DNA of 15,335 nucleotides from NCBI GenBank assembly GCA_039680575.1, contig JBDKSP010000098.1, positions 1 through 15,335 of the forward strand, written 5' to 3'. The translations under genes and the position numbers were made by a program. Below, piece after piece: positions 7,442 through 15,335 of the stretch. Every line of letters starts with the position of its first letter. The stretch's first letter is position 1. The stretch is from Armatimonadota bacterium (GTDB lineage: Bacteria > Armatimonadota > UBA5829 > DTLH01). Below the pieces are notes generated by a model. That model saw nothing but the letters and a program-made list of their open reading frames with translations. It was not told the origin of the DNA and did no database searches.

Positions 7442-8875
7442 ATGCCTACTCCAAGCGCAAGTAACAGTTTAACTCTAAGGATCAAGCATCTGAACAAAAT
7501 TGGAAACCTGGCCAAGCTGACAAAGGCAATCGCCGATGCGGAAGGAAGCGTGGGGTCGATCGATGTCGTGGAGATCGGTCCGAACATGGTTGTCCGCGAT
7601 ATAGTCGTCGACTGCACCGATCCCAAGCATGAGCGCAGGATCATAGACATCGTCAAGAATCTTCCAGATATAGAGCTTATCAGCGTAAGCGACAGGACTT
7701 TCCAGATGCACGAAGGAGGGAAGATCGAGGTCAAGTCCAAATCACCCCTCAACAACAGAGATGATCTTTCCATGGCCTATACTCCCGGTGTGGCGAGGGT
7801 GTCGAAAGCGGTCGCGGAGGACCCCCTCAAGGCTTTTGTATTTACAATCAGACACAACTGTGTAGCCGTCGTATCTGATGGGACCGCAGTCCTCGGTCTC
7901 GGTAACATCGGCCCGTTCGGAGCCATGCCGGTTATGGAAGGCAAGGCTATGCTCTTCAAGGAGTTCGGCGGAGTCGATGCATTTCCGATTTGCCTTTCCT
8001 GCCATGACGCCGACAGCATCGTAGCCGCCGTAAAGGCGATTGCACCTACTTTCGGCGGAATCAACCTGGAAGACATCGCTGCCCCGATCTGTTTTGAGGT
8101 CGAAGAAAGGCTGCGAGCGGAGCTGGATATCCCGGTATTCCATGATGACCAGCATGGAACCGCCGCTGTCGTGCTTGCGGCGCTCTATAACGCTCTCAAA
8201 ATCGTCGGGAAAGACATCTCGAACATCAAAGTTATGGTGCTCGGCGCTGGAGCGGCAGGCGTGGCCTGCACAAAGGCGCTCCTTGGAGCAGGTATAGGCG
8301 ATGTGATCGTCTGCGACCGCGCCGGAGCTATATATAAAGGCCGCCCTGAGGGTATGAACCCCGCCAAAGTGTGGCTTTCCGAAAATACGAACAAAGAAGG
8401 TTTCAAAGGCACCTGCCATGAAGCGATCAAAGGCGCAGATCTCTTCCTCGGAGTTTCCGGTCCCGGACTCATCACCGCGGATGACGTAAAGACGATGGCT
8501 AAAGACGCAATAGTCTTTGGTCTGTCGAACCCGACGCCAGAGATTATGCCGGAAGTCGCCGCGCCACACGTCCGCATCATTGCGACGGGCAGAAGCGATT
8601 ATCCGAACCAGATCAACAACGTCCTCTGCTTCCCCGGCTTGTTCAGGGGGCTTTTGGACTGCTCTTCCACTAAGGTCGACGATGACATGGTCATCGCAGC
8701 CAGCAAGGCGATTGCCGGAGTGATAGGCAGCATGGAGCTGAACGAGGATTACATAATCCCGAGCGTTTTCGACAAGAGAGTTGCCCCGGCTGTCGCCAAA
8801 GCGGTCTCTAACCTCGCGCGTGAGGCCGGTTACGCCCGCCGCATACCCGAGACTATGGGCTTGGGCGAGTGGTAA
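7442..8875 (+). CDS. NAD(P)-dependent malic enzyme with N-terminal ACT domain
   Basis: ACT-like N-terminus; DLSMAYTPGVA, SDGTAVLGLGNIG, PVMEGKAMLFK, GGINLEDI, PVFHDDQHGTA, GAGAAG, SNPTPEI, ATGRSDYPNQINNVL.FPG. SD CAGGAG. Confidence 0.95.
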   Translation: MPTPSASNSLTLRIKHLNKIGNLAKLTKAIADAEGSVGSIDVVEIGPNMVVRDIVVDCTDPKHERRIIDIVKNLPDIELISVSDRTFQMHEGGKIEVKSKSPLNNRDDLSMAYTPGVARVSKAVAEDPLKAFVFTIRHNCVAVVSDGTAVLGLGNIGPFGAMPVMEGKAMLFKEFGGVDAFPICLSCHDADSIVAAVKAIAPTFGGINLEDIAAPICFEVEERLRAELDIPVFHDDQHGTAAVVLAALYNALKIVGKDISNIKVMVLGAGAAGVACTKALLGAGIGDVIVCDRAGAIYKGRPEGMNPAKVWLSENTNKEGFKGTCHEAIKGADLFLGVSGPGLITADDVKTMAKDAIVFGLSNPTPEIMPEVAAPHVRIIATGRSDYPNQINNVLCFPGLFRGLLDCSSTKVDDDMVIAASKAIAGVIGSMELNEDYIIPSVFDKRVAPAVAKAVSNLAREAGYARRIPETMGLGEW

Positions 8876-8912
8876 ATATAGATAACCGGTAATTCGTAGT
8901 TTGAGTCAATAG

Positions 8913-8948
8913 AAAAGGTCCTGGGGTTGCGATCCTGGGGCCTTTTTT
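8913..8948. terminator. Bidirectional intrinsic terminator between convergent malic enzyme and AraC genes
   Basis: AAAAGGTCCTGGGG...CCTGGGGCCTTTTTT; the stem includes several G-U pairs and is flanked by A and T tracts. Confidence 0.7.
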
Positions 8949-9816
8949 ACGCTTTTAGATCACGCGTATCCCGAAATGCGCGCGGGCTGACGCCCAGTGC
9001 GGCCTTGAACTGGCGAGAAAAGTAGCTGCTGTCAGGCATACCGACGGCGCAGGCGATTTCGCCAATCGACATGTCAGTGCTGCGAAGCAGTTCGGCGGCA
9101 CGGCGCATTCTCAGGTGTATCAAATAGGCAATGGGCGAAAGCCCGGTACCCTCTCGAAACCGCCGAATCAGGTTGCGCGGAGACATAGCGGCGGTCTCTG
9201 CCAGCCTTTCGAGCGTCAATGGCTCAGCGTAGGACTGTTCCATGAAACTGATCACCTCGCCGATCTGCCATAAGATCTTCGCGGAATGCGTCCCTGAATC
9301 CGAAAAACGACGTGCGAGGAAAACGATGAGTTGCACAAGAGTAGTGAGCAGCATGGCATGATGCCCCGCCGGGCGGACCGTCCATTCCACATCGAGCCGA
9401 TTCAGGAGTTCTTCCACCTGCACAAAATGCTGAGGCGCAAGGTGCAGCATGCTTTGGCCGCGGTGCTGCTGCCTGTAGTGCGGCTCCAAAGCGAACAGCG
9501 CGTGGTAACCGGGAAGCGAGCGAAGCTCTGCCTCATAACCCGACAGAAGCTCCGGACGGAAAAGGAGGTTCACCAAGCGGAGGCCGGAGCACTCCACATA
9601 CGCATGAGTAGTCTGAGCAGTCACTACATAGACGTTTCCGGCGTTAAGCGGGGAAGGCACATCATCCAGGATATGGACGCCATTTCCGCCGAGGATGATC
9701 ACAAGCTCGATGAACGTGTGGGTATGCGGAGGGTAGGCAAAGGTCTGGCTGCACACCGGCATATATATGAATGGAAAGTCCGGCTCCGGAAACTCCAGTG
9801 ATACGACTTCGGTCAA
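8947..9816 (-). CDS. AraC-family regulator with N-terminal cupin domain (RhaR/RhaS-like)
   Basis: Cupin HTHTFIELVIILGGNGVH...H.Y; C-terminal double HTH LERLAETAAMSPRNL.R.F...TG.SP..Y...LR...A..LL......IA..VG.....YFSR.FK...GVSP. TTG start with AAAGGGG SD. Confidence 0.93.
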   Translation of the reverse strand: MTEVVSLEFPEPDFPFIYMPVCSQTFAYPPHTHTFIELVIILGGNGVHILDDVPSPLNAGNVYVVTAQTTHAYVECSGLRLVNLLFRPELLSGYEAELRSLPGYHALFALEPHYRQQHRGQSMLHLAPQHFVQVEELLNRLDVEWTVRPAGHHAMLLTTLVQLIVFLARRFSDSGTHSAKILWQIGEVISFMEQSYAEPLTLERLAETAAMSPRNLIRRFREGTGLSPIAYLIHLRMRRAAELLRSTDMSIGEIACAVGMPDSSYFSRQFKAALGVSPRAFRDTRDLKA

Positions 9817-9843
9817 AGCATGCCCCTTTCACAGCTATCAGAA

Positions 9844-9917
9844 TCGCACTGTTTGTCCATATTATGCTTGTTTTTGTCGCTATAATCAATGTATATTGCC
9901 ATATCTGGTGGTACAAT
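9844..9917 (+). promoter_or_regulatory. Putative AraC operator array (21-bp period) and extended -10 for the GRE operon
   Basis: Imperfect direct repeats TCGCACTGTTTGTCCA (9844), TGCTTGTTTTTGTCGC (9865) and TCAATGTATATTGCCA (9886), then TG-G-TACAAT (9909-9917). The third repeat overlaps the -35 position. Confidence 0.55.
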
Positions 9918-9957
9918 GCATGCAAAGAAAGATCATTTTTCCTGTCAGGAGGATGAA

Positions 9958-12144
9958 ATGGAAGCAATCGAACATGAGATCTCTTGTGTTCCCTCGGCGA
10001 AGCGAAGAGGGTCGACAGATCGCGTAAATCAACTGGCGGCAGCAGCGGTAACGCGACCTTATAGACGCTATTCCGAATACCTCAGCCTGTACGAAGCTGT
10101 TGTCTCGATAGAAGGCGAACACCGCTACCGCAGGGCAGCACGATCGTTTGCGGAAGTCTACCCCAAAATGACACCGGTGATCCGTCCAGGAGAACTGCTT
10201 GTGGGCGCGAAGCTACGTGACGAGGATACACCGTCCGATTGGATGTGGATACCGGACTCATATGAGAACGAAGTGCCGACCTACGCCAAGAGGGTCCCTG
10301 CGGACTACCCCAAAATCCGGGCGATGGCTGATCGCGCATTGATCTCACCGGTAGCCCCGCAGTGCCACAAGGCGGTTGACTACGCGAACTACATCCGCGT
10401 CGGTTCGCGGGCACTGGCCGAGCGAGCGAGGGCGATTGCTGAAACACGCACAAGCGATGAGCGGGAGTTCGCGCTCGCCTTTGCAGATAGTCATGAAGCG
10501 CTGATTGCCATGGCGCATCGCTACGCAGAGGTGGCAGCAGCGCTCGCCGGTCTCGATCCTGATCCCAAGCGTGCTGCCGAACTGTGGGAGATAGCACGTA
10601 TCTGCGCCAAAGTGCCTGCCGAGCCTGCCGGCACTTTTCATGAGGCATTGCAGAGCTTCTGGTTCGCCTATATGGTGAGCGGCGACAGCACGGGGCGCAT
10701 CGATGTGTTCCTGCGCGAGTTCTACGAAGCTGACATTGCATCCGGCCGCCTCACTCCAGCCCGCGCACTGGAGTTGATCGAGTGCCTGATGATCAAGCTG
10801 CACGACGACTATTCCGACAACCAGATGAACGTCAGCTCAGTGCACACAATGACCCTGGGTGGACAACTGTCGGACGGTTCGGATGCTTCCAGCGACCTTA
10901 CCCGCCTGTTCTTAACGGCCATTCGTAACGTACGGTTGCTGCGCCCCAGCGTATATCTTCGATGCTTTGACGGCACTCCCGATGACCTGCTGACTTCTGC
11001 GGTGGAGATGCTGGCGGAAGGCCTCTCCGAACCGAGCTTCTATGGGGACACACCAATTGTCAGTGGGCTGGTCCGGGTAGGTATCCCAACAGAGGAAGCC
11101 CGGGATTATGTGCTCGGAGGCTGCACTGAGGTGGTATCACCTGGCCGCGGCAACTGGGGTGCGCCAACTGGATGGATCAATGTGGCTATGCTGGTAGATG
11201 ACGCCCTGCGCGATGCTGCTCGCGAAGGAGCGAGACACACTGATGGCTTATGGCACGCGATAGATGATCATATTGAAGAAATCGCAGACACTGTCCAAAC
11301 GGTGACCCGGATCATGGACGAAAATGCAGACCTTGACTGGCACACAACCATGCTGATGCCCTGCTGCCTTGAACGATGCACAGACATTGGCCGAGGTGGA
11401 GCACAGAGTTACATTACCCAGTGGGCAGGAGTGGGACTTCCAAATGCTGTCGATATGCTCTACGCCGCACATCATCTGATCACGACGGACGGAGCGTCTC
11501 TGGCAGATATATTCCGTCTTTTGGACTCAGGAGACACTGCTCTTTTCCGTAGGCTGCGCTCGCTGCCCAAGTTCGGCAATGATCACGAGGAAGTGGACGC
11601 CTTAGGCGCAGAGCTGCTTGATCGAATCGCAGGCGCGCTCGAACGAAGGCGCACGCCGCTTCGCCAGGCGCTGACTTTCGCCCATCTCTCCGGCGGACAA
11701 AACATGCACATCAACTACGGCAAGCGGATGGGAGCCACGCTTGATGCGCGTATGGCGGGAGACCCGCTCTCCGATTCGCTCGCAGGGGCGCATGGGCGCG
11801 CTGTCTGCGGGCCGACTGCTCTCATTCGGTCTATTTGCCGTTTGGACCACTCGAAAATGAATGGCGGCACGATTTCCACATTGATGTTAAGCGAAAGCGA
11901 TGCCGCAACCCCGGAAGGCCGCAGGAATGTGGCTGCATTGGTGAAAGCCTATGTGGCGCTGGGCGGCAGCCAGCTGCAACTGAACTTCATCGACGCCGCC
12001 ACTCTTCGCCAGGCGCAGAAAAATCCTGCGGATTACCGCGGACTGATGGTACGCGTGGCCGGGTATAGCGCCGAGTTCACCCACATCGGCAAATCTCTTC
12101 AGGATGAGATCATATCACGTCTGGAAGGAGCTTCGGCGGAGTGA
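9958..12144 (+). CDS. Glycyl radical enzyme (PFL-like superfamily, not canonical PFL), substrate unknown
   Basis: Gly-radical loop LMVRVAGYS (Gly codon 12061), Cys loop GGCTE (Cys codon 11122), plus PA.TFHEALQ..WF, GRID, TLGG, KFGND, GAT.D.R..G.PL.D and GG.Q.Q.N. SD AGGAGG (9947-9952) supports ATG 9958 (728 aa) rather than 9889. Confidence 0.92.
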   Translation: MEAIEHEISCVPSAKRRGSTDRVNQLAAAAVTRPYRRYSEYLSLYEAVVSIEGEHRYRRAARSFAEVYPKMTPVIRPGELLVGAKLRDEDTPSDWMWIPDSYENEVPTYAKRVPADYPKIRAMADRALISPVAPQCHKAVDYANYIRVGSRALAERARAIAETRTSDEREFALAFADSHEALIAMAHRYAEVAAALAGLDPDPKRAAELWEIARICAKVPAEPAGTFHEALQSFWFAYMVSGDSTGRIDVFLREFYEADIASGRLTPARALELIECLMIKLHDDYSDNQMNVSSVHTMTLGGQLSDGSDASSDLTRLFLTAIRNVRLLRPSVYLRCFDGTPDDLLTSAVEMLAEGLSEPSFYGDTPIVSGLVRVGIPTEEARDYVLGGCTEVVSPGRGNWGAPTGWINVAMLVDDALRDAAREGARHTDGLWHAIDDHIEEIADTVQTVTRIMDENADLDWHTTMLMPCCLERCTDIGRGGAQSYITQWAGVGLPNAVDMLYAAHHLITTDGASLADIFRLLDSGDTALFRRLRSLPKFGNDHEEVDALGAELLDRIAGALERRRTPLRQALTFAHLSGGQNMHINYGKRMGATLDARMAGDPLSDSLAGAHGRAVCGPTALIRSICRLDHSKMNGGTISTLMLSESDAATPEGRRNVAALVKAYVALGGSQLQLNFIDAATLRQAQKNPADYRGLMVRVAGYSAEFTHIGKSLQDEIISRLEGASAE

Positions 12145-13049
12145 AATCCAGGGGTTGTGTGTTCAACGTGCAGCGTTATTCCATAAACGACGGTCCCGGC
12201 ATCCGTACAACGGTCTTTCTGAAGGGCTGCCCACTCCATTGCCAGTGGTGCCACAATCCCGAGGGGCTGGAGCCTCAGCCGCAGCTTCGGCATGCACAAA
12301 GCCTCTGCACCCGCTGCGGCCTCTGCGCGAAGGTGTGTCCGCAGGGCGTGCATGAGGTCACACCTGAAATGCACATAATAGACTTCCATCGCTGCATGGG
12401 GTGCAAGCGATGCGTAGATGTCTGTCCGGCGGGATCGCTGGACATCGCCGGTCAGTTTGTGTCAGTGGAGGATATTCTCTCGACTGTACGGCGAGACATC
12501 CCCTTCTTCTCAACATCAGGAGGAGGCATGACCCTCTCCGGCGGCGAACCACTGTCACAGCTTGCCTTCTCGCAAGCGCTTCTTACTCAGGCCAGGAATG
12601 AGGGAGTGCATACCGCGGTGGAGACATCGGCTCTGGCTCCGTGGGAGCACCTTCGATCCCTGTTACCAATAGTTGACCTGTTCATGATCGACCTGAAGCA
12701 TACGGATGACGCGCGTCATCGTGCCCTCACCGGGGTCTCCAACAAGCTCATCCTCTCTAACATCAGGAACATGGTGGCGACCGGCCATTCATTGCTGCTT
12801 CGGATCCCATGGGTACCGGCTCGCAACGCCGAACCCGATTTCCTCAATGGCCTGGAAGCATTCCTCACCGGCTTCACGCGGCCTCCCCACATCGAGTTCA
12901 TGCCTTACCACAGATTAGGGCAGAACAAGTGGACCGGGCTTGGCGTCACAGCCGAAATGGCGGACGATATCCCCGATGCCTCCAGCGAAGATATCGCGCC
13001 ATGGGTCAGCCGCTTACTCAAAGCCGGTATTTCTGTACGCAATGGCTGA
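12141..13049 (+). CDS. Glycyl-radical enzyme activating enzyme (radical SAM, with 2x[4Fe-4S] ferredoxin insert)
   Basis: DGPGIRTTVFLKGCPLHCQWCHNPE (CX3CX2C at 12228-12251), CTRCGLCAKVCP and CMGCKRCVDVCP, SGGEPL, DLKH, PYH. Its GTG start overlaps the GRE TGA stop (GTGA). Confidence 0.95.
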   Translation: MKSRGCVFNVQRYSINDGPGIRTTVFLKGCPLHCQWCHNPEGLEPQPQLRHAQSLCTRCGLCAKVCPQGVHEVTPEMHIIDFHRCMGCKRCVDVCPAGSLDIAGQFVSVEDILSTVRRDIPFFSTSGGGMTLSGGEPLSQLAFSQALLTQARNEGVHTAVETSALAPWEHLRSLLPIVDLFMIDLKHTDDARHRALTGVSNKLILSNIRNMVATGHSLLLRIPWVPARNAEPDFLNGLEAFLTGFTRPPHIEFMPYHRLGQNKWTGLGVTAEMADDIPDASSEDIAPWVSRLLKAGISVRNG

Positions 13050-13075
13050 CCCATGTGCAATTATAATAGCCAGCG

Positions 13076-14977
13076 CTAAATACCCTTGATATCGGACATC
13101 GATCTGGGGAACAACACTCTTATCGGCTTCCCGTCGGGGCTGGACTGCGCGGTGATGATCCCCGTTACCGAGACCATCCCTGTAAGAGGAGTCTTGTCCC
13201 AGTCATTAGGCATAAGCACAGCGATGCCTTTGTGCCCGGTCACCCCGTCCTGCAGGCCGCTGCCGTCATCTATCCAGACTACATTGATGGTTTCACCGTC
13301 GCCAACTTCAAGTGACGCAGTCCCAGTCACTTGTCCGCATGTCTTTATCAACAATCCGATATTGTTGAGCCCCGCTGCAAGCGTGGCGGTATTCGCATTA
13401 TCCATCACGGCAGGCTGTACGCCAAAAGCGCCGCCGCCTGCTGATTTATTGGTCATCATTAGCGGAGTAATGTGGGTAGTAATATCGCCTGTTACACCCT
13501 CCAGCGGGTCGAGCATTGCCTCAAAACCGTCTTCGTCGAGCCTTACACGCCCCATTATCGACACTTTCATCCCTTCCTTGAGTACCGGATGGTCATTGCC
13601 GACATGGACGCCAATGCCCGATGTCCTGTTCGTATCCTCGATGTAGACAACATCGCCGAAGTCCGCCGTTATCACCATGTCTTTCAGCCAGACTATGTCC
13701 GTCTCGCCGCTCGCAGGATTCAGCGGCAGCTTTTTCGCACTGCCTATGGTGGTCTGGGGAGGAGTGACCAAAATCGACGCGCCTTCTATACTGTCGCCGG
13801 TTCTCGGCACGCGTATTCCGGTGGTGATTCCTACCGCACAGGCATCATTAACGGCAGCCTTGAAAATAGACCCCACCGGCACAGACGCAGGCAATGTATA
13901 TGTCACGACAAGGTTCAGATCGCTGCCTTTCGAGATAGTAACGGACGGTGTCAAATACACTGTTGCCTGATTGGAGCCTGCGTTGAGTACAGCCGAGCCA
14001 AGCAACTGGTCCGCTGCGCCTGCTTTGCCGTCATTGTCCACATCTTTCCAAATCTTAACCGTCACGTCCGTGGGACTGCCTGAACCATTGTCCGCATTTA
14101 CTGCGATCCAATCGAGCTGAAGGTCTTCATACGGATCAGCTATGGCGCGCGTACTCACCATTTCGTACGTCGATCCGGTCGGAGGACTGATGATATGGTT
14201 GTCTATCTCTACATTCGGAACAAAAGCGATGCCGCCGGTTGGAGTGGTCGTAACAGCAGCCGTCTTGAAGCTGACCAGCGGAGAAGTCGCACTGCTGTCC
14301 GCGTAGACTTCATAAAACATGAAATTCGAGCGGTTTGCGAGATAGTAAGGCGAGTAATCGTATGCAACCGACGAGCCCGCACCTATCGATGTGAACCCGG
14401 TCGAATCGAGGACTATTGCATTAGGCGGGGCGGTCATCGCGCTTAACTCAGAGAGCAAAGTCGAATTGGGCGTATACCCTATTGCCCTTCTCACACAGCG
14501 CGTTCCGGTGGTCCTGTTGCAAATCGTGCCGTAGACGCCGCTGCCTGAAGCCGTCCAATCCTGCCATACATCATCGATATGTCCGAGAGCTCCGCCGTCA
14601 GCATCAGCCCAGACCATGTCGCAGCCCTCTAGAGACACATAATGATTCACCACAATCGCAAAAGATGCGTCCTGCCCTACCGTTGTGCTCCCCTGGCTCC
14701 AGGTCAGCGTCAGTTCATTCTGGTCCCAATCTTCCGTCACTTGAAGCTGGCCGTAATTGGGACTGACGCATTGCTGCTGATCGAGTGCCCACATAGACAT
14801 ACCCTTCAGCTTCATCTGAAACTGAGCTGCCGCGGCGTTGGTGTTGTTTTTCACCTTAAAGGCGTATATACTCTGTTGAATCCAGGCTACCTGAGCTTGG
14901 GCAGGAGCGATAGATACGACTGTGACCACTGCCACCGCAAACAGCTTAGCGAGCGATCCAAAATACTTAACTTTCAT
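13076..14977 (-). CDS. Secreted multidomain beta-rich protein with C-terminal OB-fold-like modules of a type I associate with Armatimonadota
   Basis: Signal peptide MKVKYFGSLAKLFAVAVVTVVSIAPAQA after SD AGAGG (start 14977 rather than 15100); DVDNDG Ca-binding-like loop; C-terminal IGSAK.LP...YIED..R.SGI.V and GLNNIGLLIKT.G.VT...WIDDGSG motifs. Confidence 0.75.
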   Translation of the reverse strand: MKVKYFGSLAKLFAVAVVTVVSIAPAQAQVAWIQQSIYAFKVKNNTNAAAAQFQMKLKGMSMWALDQQQCVSPNYGQLQVTEDWDQNELTLTWSQGSTTVGQDASFAIVVNHYVSLEGCDMVWADADGGALGHIDDVWQDWTASGSGVYGTICNRTTGTRCVRRAIGYTPNSTLLSELSAMTAPPNAIVLDSTGFTSIGAGSSVAYDYSPYYLANRSNFMFYEVYADSSATSPLVSFKTAAVTTTPTGGIAFVPNVEIDNHIISPPTGSTYEMVSTRAIADPYEDLQLDWIAVNADNGSGSPTDVTVKIWKDVDNDGKAGAADQLLGSAVLNAGSNQATVYLTPSVTISKGSDLNLVVTYTLPASVPVGSIFKAAVNDACAVGITTGIRVPRTGDSIEGASILVTPPQTTIGSAKKLPLNPASGETDIVWLKDMVITADFGDVVYIEDTNRTSGIGVHVGNDHPVLKEGMKVSIMGRVRLDEDGFEAMLDPLEGVTGDITTHITPLMMTNKSAGGGAFGVQPAVMDNANTATLAAGLNNIGLLIKTCGQVTGTASLEVGDGETINVVWIDDGSGLQDGVTGHKGIAVLMPNDWDKTPLTGMVSVTGIITAQSSPDGKPIRVLFPRSMSDIKGI

Positions 14978-15162
14978 TCCTAAAACCTCTTTCTCAATAT
15001 ACCATCTGCGCGAAAACCGATAATTGCCCTGATTGCATGATGAACTAATCGCGCCTACGGCGCGGCACGCTCCGCGTGAATCCACTAAGTGACATAACAT
15101 TTCTACCTTGCAGGCAGTAACTTGGCTGTTTCACTGTTGAATACAGGCCGCCACTGTCTGCA

Positions 15163-15335
15163 TTAGGAAAGCAAAACTCGCCGCTTGAGCCATCTGAACA
15201 CCGCTTCAATTGGGTTGAGCCAAGGACTCTTCGATGGCAGTCTCACAAAGTGGATCAAGGTTCCGCCTGCCGCGCGAACACCTTTGTTATATTCCCTCAG
15301 CCAGCTCTTTAGCTTCTTGGATATATGGAAGCTGG
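15163..15335 (-). mobile_element. C-terminal part of an IS630-family (DDE) transposase, running in from beyond the window
   Basis: My translation from 15333: SFHISKKLKSWLREYNKGVRAAGGTLIHFVRLPSKSPWLNPIEAVFRWLKRRVLLS*. It contains the IS630/Tc1 LP..SP.LNPIE motif; TAA at 15165-15163. Confidence 0.85.

Noticed and set aside
7442..8875. Malic enzyme as part of the GRE pathway
   Set aside because: It is separated from the cassette by a bidirectional terminator, convergent with the AraC gene, and has host-like composition. Adjacency is the only link.
9889..9957. ORF-track N-terminal extension of the GRE
   Set aside because: It overlaps the predicted operator and -10 element, and the AGGAGG SD points to ATG 9958.
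9958..12144. Annotation as pyruvate formate-lyase (pflB) or choline TMA-lyase (cutC)
   Set aside because: It lacks the PFL Cys-Cys pair, the activase has a ferredoxin insert unlike PflA, and neither sequence motifs nor gene context support CutC.
14978..15100. ORF-track N-terminal extension of the secreted protein
   Set aside because: The signal peptide and SD begin at ATG 14977.
14990..15160. Riboswitch (e.g. c-di-GMP) in the leader of the secreted protein
   Set aside because: No consensus motifs found on the minus strand; the region is better explained as an IS end plus spacer.

Overview
Bacterial chromosomal window, about 50-60% GC by spot counts. The C-terminal module of the last full CDS suggests Armatimonadota; this is my recognition of the motif and was not searched. 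The left and central part is mostly housekeeping: a membrane-anchored LysM-G5 protein, a LacI regulator, thioredoxin reductase (trxB, which has no canonical start codon in front of its N-terminal FAD motif), ricT/yaaT, an FmdB zinc ribbon, metG, and an ACT-domain malic enzyme. The most interesting part is a self-contained three-gene cassette at 8947-13049. It holds a cupin-AraC (RhaS/RhaR-like) regulator divergent from a short, divergent glycyl radical enzyme (GGCTE Cys loop, RVAGYS Gly loop) and its ferredoxin-containing activase. No transporter, microcompartment or downstream enzyme genes accompany it, so the substrate is unknown. The window ends with a secreted multidomain protein and the C-terminus of an IS630-family transposase that the ORF track missed. 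Two intergenic regions (205-439 and 7269-7422) hold clusters of REP- or MITE-like inverted repeats.
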